Of a stretch of DNA of 64,000 nt, positions 11,746 through 25,395 are shown in pieces. Both the position numbers and the translations under genes were made by a program. Source of the stretch: Paragordius varius (Eukaryota > Animalia > Nematomorpha); the NCBI GenBank assembly GCA_964247055.1, contig OZ176059.1, positions 930,001 to 994,000 of the forward strand, read 5' to 3'. The first letter of the stretch is position 1; every line of letters begins with the position of its first letter. A model generated the notes under the pieces. It saw only the letters and a list, made by a program, of their open reading frames with translations, was not told where the DNA came from and did not search any database.

Positions 11746-14437
11746 GGTATAACCCATATTTATTAAATGTATTTTCAGCCTGCTTATTCTCAAGGCATAT
11801 TAACATGGTCAAATTTTATTCACCTTGACGAATGAACATGACCCTTTAACCAATGAAAATGGAAATTAAAATTATCTAAGCAAAACGCAAAGGGCCAAAT
11901 ATTTTTTTTCGAAAAGACAATCATACTTTCTTAAGCTTGGTGTGGACACAACAAGGTGTTTATGATCTGCTAGAGTTTAAACCATGAAACTATGCAATTT
12001 TTTAATCATCATTGTCAACCCTAAGCAAACAAGTGGTTAGAGATTTTACAAATTTTGATACAAAATAAGTCCTTACCTTTAAAACAGAAAGGTATTCTAA
12101 ACTATAAATATTAAAAATATTTTTAAAATATTTACTCGATGTTACTGATTGGGTTTAAGTTTTAAAAATTTTAAACACAAATAACGAAAAATCATAAAAT
12201 GACTTCTATAAAGTGTTAAATCGTGCTGAATACCCAATTTAATATTACTAAATTATTACAGGTTAAGAAACACTTTATCACTTTTGGGGAGTTTTGCACT
12301 CCAAGAGCTATCTTAATTTCCAAAATCTTGAAAAGTGTCTAAGATATTGGGTCATATTTAAAATATACTTTCTAAAGCCTTTTGGGCACCACAAAGGGTC
12401 GAGTTAAAAATATACTTTCATAAACCTTTTAGACGCGAGAATCAAAAAATCAAAATATTATAAACTGTAAAAAAAACCCCAACTCAAACTTTTTCGGCGT
12501 CATTGTTTTGGATTCTTTATAGCGCCTAATACCATAAGCTAATAAATGTATATCATGAAAAACTAATTAACGGTTAAGCTTTCAAATCACATTTCATCAG
12601 AAACTCTTTTATGTACAATGTTTTTAATCAGCTATTGTTAAATAATTCTCCCATTGACTCTAGAAGTTAGTAAATTATAAAAAAATATAAAGGTTATGCA
12701 CATAAAACCGGAATCGGGTTCAGTTATGATTTGTAATGATTCCTGAATATTATTTATACAGCCTATTTTTAACTTGTTTGTTTATTTGATATGGTATCCT
12801 TGCTACTTTTATGAACTTGTTTGCATCTTAAACCATGAGCAATTACTATAAAAGTTTAAATACATTTCACATATTAATGCCTTAAACCAGCATTATAAAT
12901 ATTTTTATAAATTTTTTTATCAAAATAAATTCATTTTTCAGAATTTCTTTAAGACACCCGGTGCAGTGTGTATCAAATTATTTGAGCCAAACATTTGGTA
13001 CTCTGTGATAAAAACCCTATAATCATTTTATTACAGTCAACACTATTTGCCTAAAAAACATATTGAAAAAATCTAATATCCCTTACACAGTGTACAAAAA
13101 TATATCCAGATGAAATATATATGTTTTGATAGGATGTTTTATGATTATCAAGATGCTTTGGTTTTGGTCGCTACGAGTGACCTAATTATTTACACTTTTG
13201 TGGAAAGGGCTCCATGAAAAAGGCAAAATTCTCATTTGAATGTTAAATGCTTTTTCACGAAATATATCACTTTGTAAATCATAAACTACCTAAAAGGCTA
13301 AACAATATATTTTTAAATTTTTAATATTTTATATACGGGCTTCGAAAGTTCCATTTCATCGCTTTTCTAAAAAGAGCTTGTTTTCTTAAAATAAACGCAA
13401 AATGCCTACATTGCGCGAATTAAATTTTTGATTATGACATAAAAATTTTAACTAGTTTTTTTCAAATATTTTATTTGTAGCATAATATTAAACCGTACCT
13501 CATACCATTCAAGGAATGATGGAAACGGTAACAGAAAAAATACCTTTTCTATAAAATTTAACGCCACCTTCTAGCTATTCAAAATTTTGAATGAAATATT
13601 CGTTCGCCTACACTATATGTTTAATATAAATCGTTTTTTTAAAAAACTCGAGTTACAAGCAAACGAACTTTAAAGTTTTAGCTGTGGAATCATCGCTTCG
13701 TATGGAAAAAGTATTTTGTTTTATATCGTTTCCATCTTTCCCCTATTATGTAATACACCTCCAAAATTTTAGCAAAATGATTTTTTGAGAAAAATATTTC
13801 AGAAAAACGCTTTCTGATGTCAAAATTTCGCATGTATTAAAATTTTTATAATAATGCAATGGTATTTTGCGGTTTTACAACAGATCCATAGAAGGTCGAA
13901 GATAATAAGGACTTTTGACCGTCTAAAAATTAAAATTATGATTGTTTTGCTTTTTATATGTCCTCAATAAGATATTATAGTGTTGTTGAATTAATGCATT
14001 TAGATTTCGCCCAAATAATTTATTTGAGCAAATGTGCGAATTCCGCTTTTTTCTGTTATGTAATACTTACCCCAAAAGTCTAATATTCATATAGTCATCA
14101 AAAATGAGCCATCATAATCTTTTAACCACTTTTTTAGACGCAGCGTTGGTTGAATAAATTATAGCACCAAAAAATTTAAAAAAATTGGCCCACGAAAATA
14201 TAATATTATACAACAGTCTGCATCAAGATATTTTTCCATTAGAATGCCCATATCAACAACGTTTTAAATAGGATTTTTAAAAACTTTAAAATTAAATTTA
14301 TAATTAATTAGATACTTTAAATTTAGCCCTTTTTGATAAAAATACCCCTCAAAAGAAATGAAGTGTATAAAATATCCATATTACTTTGTATCATAACCTT
14401 TTTTTAACCGTTTGGCGTCTGGTATTTAAATTTGAAA

Positions 14438-17400
14438 ATGACCAAAATAAAAGATGCCTCGAATTATGAATTGCAAAGGCAAAAAAACATTGAAGAAAAA
14501 TTGAATTATTTGAAATCTTTGGGCATCAATCAAGTATTATGGCATATTATATTTAGCTTAAAAATCAAATTAAATCTCAATCATCAGAAAGACACAAGGG
14601 GCGACCCCGATTAAGCCAAAGGTAACATTATAACGTTTTCTAACATTTTTCTAGAATACCATTGGCAACTGTTAAAAAACCTGAAGAACTAAGACGTAGT
14701 AACAGACTTCGTCGAAAACCAGCAGAATTTACTGAACTAACAACAAATTTTGAGTACTATACACAACCCGAAACAGTATTACTTTCTTTTGTGTTACCAA
14801 AATTAATTATTAATATATTTATAACTATTTATTACAGTAAAAATTGATATTATGAAGACAAAACGCATAAGCTAATATTTATAACTCTTAAAAATGCATC
14901 TATATTTTTATAATATGATTTTTTTATCATAACCTTCGTTTTAGCTTGCAAAATCAATAGAGATGCAAATCGGCAACACACTCATTTCCTATATTTTTAA
15001 AGCGTAATTATAAGTTTTTATCAAATGTCTGTTTCTTGGTTTTTTCTTTTTAACTCTGTAATTATTTTTAAACAAATATTTTTATTGTTTTTAGCGAGTA
15101 GAACCATTTATAACGCTACAAGATGCCTGTGTTAATGATTTGGAAGTTTATCATGACACAAATGATGATATATCATCAATTAATGATGGAATAAAAGTTA
15201 AAAATGAAAACAACCTTAGCATGATTAATAATGCAGATTTATTAAGCGTTAAAACAAGCAAAAATCATTTAAATCAAACCGAATCCACCATTTTTAAACA
15301 AATTTATGATCCGTTTAAAGCGCTCGTTTCTCAACAAGAAACAAAAACAAAAGTATATTAAATATATATGACCTACGTAAGCATATACCATTTGAACTTA
15401 GTTGATCTTTCAACATATCAAGTTTGTCTTTTAGTTTTAGTGTTTTGTTTTTAATTTTTATCAATCAAATGGTGTATCATTCATCTATTTTATCATTTTT
15501 AGACTATTCTCTTTAAACATAAATTTTAAATCATTATCAACTTTTAATTAAGGAACCGATTATTTTTATTAATTTCCAAAAAATATTTTATAAATCAATA
15601 TGATTTTAGCACTTAGTTAAATATAAACAATTCTGGTTTAATTATATATATTTAAAAACATTTTTTAATAAATAATGTTGAATTGGAAAAATTTAATAGT
15701 AATGAAACTTTCACCAACTTGATGTGTTAAAGACCAACTTAAAGTGTTTAAAGAGCAACTTAAAAAGACCAATTTGAAGTGTTTAAGAACCAACTTGAAA
15801 TGTTCAAGGACCAACTAGAAGTTTTCAAGGACCAACTTGAAATGTTCAAGGACCAACTAGAAGTTTTACAAGGACACTCTAGATATGCAAATGGTATATA
15901 TTAAATGATTACTTATTTTGGACTTTTTATAGACTTGGAATGTTTTTTGACTTAATAATTAAATCCTAAGCTTTTTGTTTAATTTGATTACTAATGTATA
16001 CTTAGATATAAGTTAAAAAAATTTATTCTATATTATATTGTAATTTTTATATGTCTAAAAAATCCGAAAATAGTGGCTTATTTCACATAGTAGGGAAATT
16101 TGCAACACAGTAATGTATGGAAAAAAAGAAAGGAAATAATTGTTTATTTAACATTTTGTTGTTTTTTTCATATACTACTGTGTTACAAATTTTTCTACTA
16201 TAATGTGAAATAAGCAACCATTGTAATGCCTACAGTTTTACAATCAGTTGTTAAAATATTAACAATTGAAAATTTGCCGTAAATGTAAAATCACATTAAA
16301 AATTGAAATTATACGGACAAAACGTAAAAATATATAGACAAATATTTTTTTTAAAAAGACAACCATACTTTTTAAACATTAATATTCCCCAAATAAATTA
16401 ATTAATTACAATTGTAATATACATAATTAATTGTGTTACCAATATACATCTCTTTTATGTACTTTGCTATTTAAAACAATGAGTTAAGTCTCCTAAAATC
16501 AAGATTCATAAACCATGGATGTCTTTTAGAAAAAAATATTGTATTTATATTTTTACTTGTCCGTATAATTTCAATTTTTACTGTAATTTTGAAATTATTA
16601 GCCATTATATTTTACTCAAAACGCAAAAAATTATTTGATTGAATTATGAAAATGTCATAATTTACATTTTTGATTATATTCAACAAAATAAGGTACTTGA
16701 TTGGCCACAGAATGTATAATTTTAACATTGGCCCAATATTATGGATATTTTTATAGTTATTATTTATTTATATATAACACTGGTAAAAAACTTAAAGGGT
16801 AGATAATCATATGTTTACAAAAAAAGAAATATTTCTACCATTTTTTTTATAGTTAACTATTAATTATTATGGATAAATTTTACATATAATACAGAAGAGT
16901 TTTCCACGCTTCAAAATTAAGCCCGAATTCGATGGTTTCATAGAATATGAATTGGACGAGGCAAAAACAACGAAATCAATGTTTAATGATACCAGTTATG
17001 CTACTATGGAGTATATTATATGTTAAAATATACCATTTACAGTTCAAATTCACCCTTGAATAATTTAAATTCACTCCAAAAATAAATTGTGTGTTTTCGA
17101 GCTAACATAACTCATTATAAATATGAAATATATCTTTATGGCTTAGTTTATTATTTATTCAGTATTATATTAATTAATAACAAAATTTTATTTATTAAAA
17201 TTATATAAAATATAGGTATAATTTTTAATCTTAAAAACATGTAATTTATTTGATGGCGAATCTTAATTGTTTAAGGGTTAATTTGAACTGTAAACGGTAT
17301 ATATTGAGAACCTAAAATATTATTTTTAAATTTATAATATGATATATCATTAGTATCATATAAAACACGGTAAAGTAATTTAAATAAAAATTTAAAGCCT

Positions 17401-17618
17401 TTATTTATATATATAAATATATTTATATTTTTTCTTCAGAAATTATATTATTAAAAAATGCTATGTAAATTTTTAAACATTATTTCGGACACAACCTTTG
17501 TAATATAATTTATTATTTAACATATTTACGCAAACTTTACTAAACACGGTAAAAAAAACTAATTTTAAGACAACATATAATCGACATTATTAATTTTTTT
17601 TATTAAATTATCATTGTA

Positions 17619-17668
<50 letters not shown>

Positions 17669-17879
17669 ATTTACAATTCAAATTCACCCTAAAAATATAA
17701 CTCATCATTAATATGAAATATATATTTACGACATAGTTTATTATTTTTTCAGCATTATATTAATTTTAAAAAAAAATAATGGTAATTTTTAATCGTTGAA
17801 AAACACAATTTATTTTATGGTGAATTTGAATTGTTCGAGGGTGAATTTAAATTGTTCAAGGGTGAATTTGAATTGTAAA

Positions 17880-17930
<51 letters not shown>

Positions 17931-20900
17931 TAATAAAATTTTAGAACAAATCCCACATTTTTTAATGATTGGGATATACAATCCGAACAATATCATGTGG
18001 CAAAATGTGTACCGGAGCGTATATATTCAATGTGTTGGTATCCTAATTACTTATCACATGAAAATGAATATGCCTTACTCTCAGTGGGCGATAAAAATGG
18101 ACATATTGGACTTTGGAGAATAGTATATTATTTTTTTGATATTAAAATAGGTTTTTTTTCAATTTTAGGATTTTAAAGAGAGCGTATATTATTTTTTTCA
18201 CATATAAAACAGGTAAATTAATGGTACAGAAATAAGATTTATATTATATATAATATCAAACGTAAATAATGGAAAAACTAATATTTTTTTAGCGAAAAAA
18301 ATCAATTTTTTTTTGCTTTTATAAATATTAACTTATATACTCTAAATGAATATAATCATCGTAGAATTAATTATCAATTATTTTTAAGCCAAAACAATAG
18401 GTTTTTTATATATATATGAAAAAAGAATATCAAAGGTTTTAAAAATTTGATTTACACGTAATATACTTAGTATTGGATCTGACCGGTTACGTATTAGATG
18501 CCGCTTATAAAATCATCACTCCTAAACTTTTAAACCTAAATTACCGATATAAAACTTAAATATAAAGTACTTAATATGATTGTATTTCATTTTTTTAAAA
18601 TTAAATTTACATCAATTGATTGTAGTTTGTTACTAATTTACATCTCTCTCTCTATCTTTATTCTATAATTTACGACCCCCAAAATAGATTATATGCCCAT
18701 CAAGGTTTAAAAATATGGTTTTTTTAAAAAATGATTAATACTATTTTAGCTTTTTTAATATTTTTTTTAATATTTCATTGCTCTATAGCCTCTTACAGTT
18801 CCACAAAAAGATAACGACAAGGGCGATTATATCGATGAAAATATAGAATTACAACAGCCAAATAATGAAAGCGAAAATATTAGTCGAAATAGTAGGGCGG
18901 AACAACGAAAGCTGTTGAAAATTGCTCAAACTAAAGAATATAATAAGCAACATGTTATATTAAGGGCCCATTCAAGGGCTATCGTACAATTAACCTTTTC
19001 ACCCGCTAACCCGAATCAGCTCTTTAGCGGTAGCTATGACGGTTCGGTCCGTTCCACAGATTTAATATCGCAAACTATTACAGAAGTTAGTTAGCTTCTT
19101 CATAGTTCTATTTTAAAAGGTTTTTGGGGTATTACCTCATGGTATTGTTTATAGATGTTTAGAATATTTACAGTTAAATTGCAAAAATTAAAAATATTGT
19201 ATTATCATCATAAATACGCTTAGTTTTAGTATCATATTAAAACAAAACAAATTTTATTGATTAGGATTATAAATAATTTTCAGTCAAAATTGACAAAAAC
19301 ATAAACAGGTTAATATTTTTATACAAAATGTATAAACGTTGTTTCTATATATATCATTTACAGTTCACATTCATCCTAAAATAAATTAAGTGTCTCTAAG
19401 ATAAAAAATCACTCATATTTTTAAATAATAAAACTTTATTAAAATTAAAATAACACTGAAAGAATTATCTATGCCATTTAGATATATTTCATATTAATGA
19501 TGAATTGCATTGCCTTATTTTTAGGATGAATTTGAATTGTTCTGAATTGTTCAAGGGTTAATATAAATTGTAAATGGTATAGATGTATTTAATATTTTTA
19601 TACCTTAAGCAGCACATTTTTCCAAAAAGATTGATTGTGTCTTTTAATTTTTCTTTGAACTTAATTTTTTATGGTTAATATGTAACGTATTGTTTTAGCG
19701 TGGCTAAATAAAGAATATAAAAATGTTAATTGGTATCACACTTGTTATACATTCCACAATCATAATTTATAGGTTATGTGAAAAAAAAAGAGATAAAAAA
19801 TTAGTAGACGGAAAAATAAAATCGTTTTTTACAAGAATAAAAAGCAAAAAGAGTTTAGTAACGTTTTTAACATTTTAAACACGGCTCTAATATAAGCTTT
19901 ATATTTCATAATTTTTTGATTAGGAAATGGTAAAATTCAACTTTTTGTCAACATAATTTATTTTTACATTTTTTGTCTATTGTGGCATAAAAATAATTGA
20001 TTACGTTTATAGCCAAATTAAGCAGCTATTATAAAAAAGGGTTTGTTTAAACCTAATAAACTTATTAACGATTATTGTTAAATTCGTGAAATAGTGATAA
20101 AAGAAAAAATTGCAAAATTGGATATATACCATTTACAATTCAAACTAACCCTTGAACAATTCTAATTCACTTAAAAATATGTTTGTGTTTTCGAGCTGAT
20201 AGAGTTAAACTCATTATTAATATGAAATTTATCTTTATCGTTTAGTTTATTTATTTATTTCAGTATAATTTTAATTTTTAACAAATTTTATTTTGTGTAA
20301 AAAATAATAAAAATATAAAGGTAATTTTTTCATGTTAAAAACACCTAATTTAATTTAGGTGTATTATATACCATTTACAATTCAAATTCACCCTCAAACA
20401 ATTCAAATTCACTCTCAGATAAATTATATATTTTTTATTAAAATATACCTAAAATAAAATTATGTTTTAAATTTAAATTTTTTTAAAAAAATAATAAACT
20501 ATGCTATAAAGATATATTTCATATTTATAATGAATTATATTAGTTCGAAAACATATATTTTATTTTTAGGGTAAATTCGAAATGTTCGAGGGTGAATTCG
20601 AACTGTAAATGGTATATAAAATACAATAAAATTATAACATTTATTAAGAAAATATCATTTTTAGCTAGTATTATATATATATCAAAGTTTTTACAAATTT
20701 TATCCCCAAGTAACTAACTATAAAACAAAACACTAAAAACGAAAAAAAATGACATCATTTTAAAGGTTACGTACTATTTTAATCACATACATAATTTTTT
20801 TCAGGTATATTCAACACCATACGAAAACAACAATTTATGTAAGGGTTTCACCTTTATAGATGCTAATGCCACATCGATACTCGTAACTCAACAAGATGGG

Positions 20901-22566
20901 ACAGTCGCATTGGTTGATTTACGGGAAAATAATACCCTACTAAATAATACAGGGTAGAATGAATTTTTATATTATATATATATACCATTTACAGTTCAAA
21001 TTCACCCTTGAACAATTCAAATTTACCTTTGAACAGTTCAAATTCACCCTTGAACAATTTAAATTCACCCTTCATCAATTTAAATTTACTCTTAAACAAC
21101 TCAAATTCACCCTTGAACAATTCAAATTTACCTTCGAACAATTCAAATCACCTTCGAACATCACCCTTGAACAATTCAAATTCACCCTTGAACAATTCAA
21201 ATTCACCCCTGAACAATTCAATTTACCTTCGAACAATTCAAATTCACCCCTGAACAATTCAAATTCACCCTTGAACAATTTGAATTTACCCTTTAATAAT
21301 TTAAATTTACCCTAAAAATAAATTATGTGTTTTCGGGCAGCTAATATAACTTATCATTAATGAGGAGAAAATATATTCTTATGGCATAGTTTATTTTTTT
21401 TCAGTATATTATATTAATTTTAAACGAAATTTTTTGTTTTAAAAACATATAAAAAATTATAGGTATTTTTAATCTTTAATTAAGGGTGAATTCGAACTGT
21501 AAATGGTATATATATATATATGTGTGTGCAGTCATAAATCATATATTAAATATTTAAATAAAACATAAAAACTAGAAATATTTTTTTGATTTCAAAAATG
21601 TTTTTTAATCAATCCTTAAGTGGAAACGGTTTTTATAAATTAATTAGCTTATGATGATCCTAATGTTTTTATACAAATTTAATATTAGGTCCTATTTTTT
21701 ATAGCAATAATTTTTCTTTGAACATCTCTTCCTTTGAAATTCCTTTTTCTGCCTTATAAAGCCTTAAAAAATATAAAAAAGATATGAAATTTGATCGTAA
21801 TTTTAATGTTTTTGACATGATATATATGATTATAACTTATGAAAATCACAATTTTTTAGATACCCCCCCCCCATCCTCTTTTCCTTTTTTATAAGTCAAA
21901 TTATAGAATCTCCGCATTATGGCACTTTTTTTGAAAAAAACCCATTTTATATCCAACGTTTTTTTTACAGTATTTTTATGTATTATGTTTTTACTGCAAA
22001 ATGATATTATTATAATTATAAATGTGTAATTGTAACAATCAATCATATAATGAAAAATTGTTTATAAACTCTTAAAAGAATAAATTTATTACTAACTACT
22101 ATGAATTAACATTCGCTTTCAAAATATATGTTATATTTTATACACTTTGAATATATAGCAGGCATACGGCTACACAAATATTTCAATGTTCAAATCGGTC
22201 CATGAGATCAATTCAAATGCACCCACATAATTCGCACTTATTTCTAACATCGGCCACTGATGGGTATATATACATATGTATTATATACCATTTACAATTC
22301 AAATTCACCTTTAAACAATTTAGATTGACCCTAAAAATAAATTATGTGTTTTTGGGCTTATGTAACTCATCATAAATATGAAATATATCTCTATGGCATA
22401 GTTTAATATTTTTCTCAGTATTATTTTAAATTAATACAAAATTTCATTTTTAAAAATATAAAAAAATATAAGTGGCTTGGTTATTTTTAATCTTTAATAA
22501 CATGTAAATTATTTAAGGTTAAATTTGAATTTGTTCGAGGGTGAATTTGAATTTGATCGAGGGTGA

Positions 22567-22632
<66 letters not shown>

Positions 22633-25052
22633 TTGCATATATAGCGTAGTTTGTGTTTGGGATATACGTAAAATGTTACATAAAAAAACAACTATTACAT
22701 CAAACGCATCATCATTGTATGGAAAAGCGAATCGTAACAAGTCTCATCACTCCAGTAATTATAGTCCAAAGGTTGGCGGCCTTAAAAATACAAAGGAGGA
22801 ATTGGTAGAACCGTTAATATCTATTCCACATAAGGGAACAGTACATAGTGCACAATGGGACAATAATGAAACACCCCAAACTACTGCGGGCAAACATATT
22901 TTAACCGTGTGCTCAGATAATTACATATATGTTTGGAATGTTTTCAACACAAGCTTAACATCTTACGACAGGGCAGTAAGAAAATATGAAATAAATCAAG
23001 ATTTAGTTGATGTATTTGACAATCATCAAACGTGGAATAATCATGCAAATAGTAATAGCCAAAACAAAAACAATAGTATCAAGAAAAAACGAGGACGAAA
23101 AAATAAGTTAAGCCAATCTAAATTGTTTGACTTGACAGCCACTAAAAAGATGACCGATACTTATAGTGATATAGATGATAATTTGCTAAATTATTACGAG
23201 AATGAACCACCATCTAATGAATTTGATTCACCTAATGAGCTACAACAATCAAATTCACCCGAATCATACGAATTGTTGAGTGCTATTTCGTAAGTTTTTT
23301 TTTATTACAGTCATGTATCCTTTATTTTATCATAAATTTATTTTCTTTCGTTAAATGGGTATATATATTTGTTAAAGAATGGAAAAAAACAAGAGCTCTA
23401 TGGTATTCAACAATATTATATTCATCAAAAAAGTGTAACAATTACCATAGAACTTTTGTTTTTTCCATTCTTTAACAAATATTTATACCCATTTAACGAA
23501 AAAATAAATTTTTGATAAAATAAAGCATACATGACTGTTCTTTTTTTTACAGTAAAATCAAATTTTACAGAGCTAAAGGCGTAAAAATTCAAAAAAGACA
23601 ACCATAATTTTTTATATAAAATTATAATTTTTAAATATATAATTGAATGTGTTACCAGTTTACAAAATTATTTCTTATTATCTAGCAACGTATAACGATA
23701 AGTTTATATTTAAAAAATTAAGATTTAGAAAGTATGGTGTTACCTTGTGTTAAAAATATTTATTTCTGGTTTTTACGTTATATTATACATAACTTCTAAT
23801 TTTTACTAATAGATAAATGTTAGAGGAAAAAGTTTTTGGAAACAAAGGGCCCTCATTATATATTTGCAGATAATGTGGAGATATATAAGCTAACATTATC
23901 ATTTTGATATATATATATATATATATATATTAATATTTTACTTAAATCATATAAAATTTACGTTTTAAATTGGTTTTAAATAGTTTCAAAAGTATATAGT
24001 CAAATAATAACACAGATTCGGAATTTAAAGTTTTTTTTATTATCTATACATTAAATTTTTATTTTATACTATTTTTTTTATTTTCCATCACTTGATTAAC
24101 ACCTTTAAAAGTTTTTTGACTGGTTATTTTTTTACAAATGACGACTGGTGAGATTTAACCCAACTTATGATAATGGTTTGTAATCACCTAGTAATAAAAT
24201 GCCACTTTTATAATCATGATTAAATCGATTAAAACAGACTGTTTTTTATCTAATGTAATATTTGGATAATATACCATTTACAATTAAAATTTACCCTTGA
24301 ACAATTCAAATTCACTCTCGACCATTTAAAATTCACCCTCGAACAATTCAAATTTACCCTAAAAATAAATTATGTATTTTCGGGAAAATATAACTTATCA
24401 TTAATATGAAATATATTTTTACTATATAGTGTATCATTTTTTTAGCATTACATGAATTTTAAACAGAATTTCATGATTTTAAAAATATTATAAAATAAAG
24501 GTAATTTTTAATTTTAAACACATTTAATTTATTTTAGGGGGAATTTGAATTGTTCGAGGGTAAATGAGAATTGTTCAAGGGTGAATTTGAATGCTTCAAG
24601 GGTAAATTCAAATTGTTCAAGAGTGAATTTAAACAGTAAATGGTATATTACAAGACTTGATTCATCCCAACAATTTTTATTGGTATGCGTATTTTGATTA
24701 TTTTTTAAGCGTAATGGTATAGTAGGTAGGGCGTCGGACTCTTACATTGCGTGTCAGAGTTCGAACCCCGAAACTAAGGAATTTTTTTCATTATCACTAT
24801 CAGCCCTGGGCAGGTAGGCGAGTGTTAAAGCAGCCTTTACATGTCCGGATTCAATTTAAGTTTCCTTACCCTTTAATATAAAAAAGGAACTCTAAACTAA
24901 ACATTTTTTATTTTGATTATTTTTTTATTTATCTTTTTTAGTCATGATAATAATACGGGACGTTGGTTAACAACCTTTAAGGGTGTTTGGTGTCCAAATT
25001 CTTCCAATCTATTTGCCATTGGTAGTATGCAATACCCTAGACGAGTAGATAC

Positions 25053-25086
<34 letters not shown>

Positions 25087-25343
25087 AATATATATACATA
25101 TATATATTTTACTATAAAACAATATTCCGATATGGTACAACGAAAAACTTTGTAAATTAAGAAATAAAATAAGTTAAAAATTAACATTTAACAAAAAAAT
25201 TAAAGTAGATATTTATTTTATTCAAATTCGTTTTATAAGTCAAACTTTAGTTAAATATCTCATTTTTGGATAAGATTGATATTTTTACGCATGAACGATT
25301 GGTTGGGTTGTTTTTTTATTTTTTGATTAATTGTATTTTATAA

Positions 25344-25395
<52 letters not shown>

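Noticed and set aside
13519-13737. 33-bp inverted repeat pair upstream of WDR76 as a regulatory element
   Set aside because: It lies in decayed TE-like sequence and nothing in the sequence indicates function.
22509-22740. ORFs with YIYIYI runs (also 24942-25187 and the start of 25331-25624)
   Set aside because: These are translations of (TA)n microsatellites. Only the spliced WDR76 portions are credible.
24709-24785. Functional tRNA gene
   Set aside because: The acceptor and anticodon stems do not pair; reported as SINE-like/pseudogene instead.
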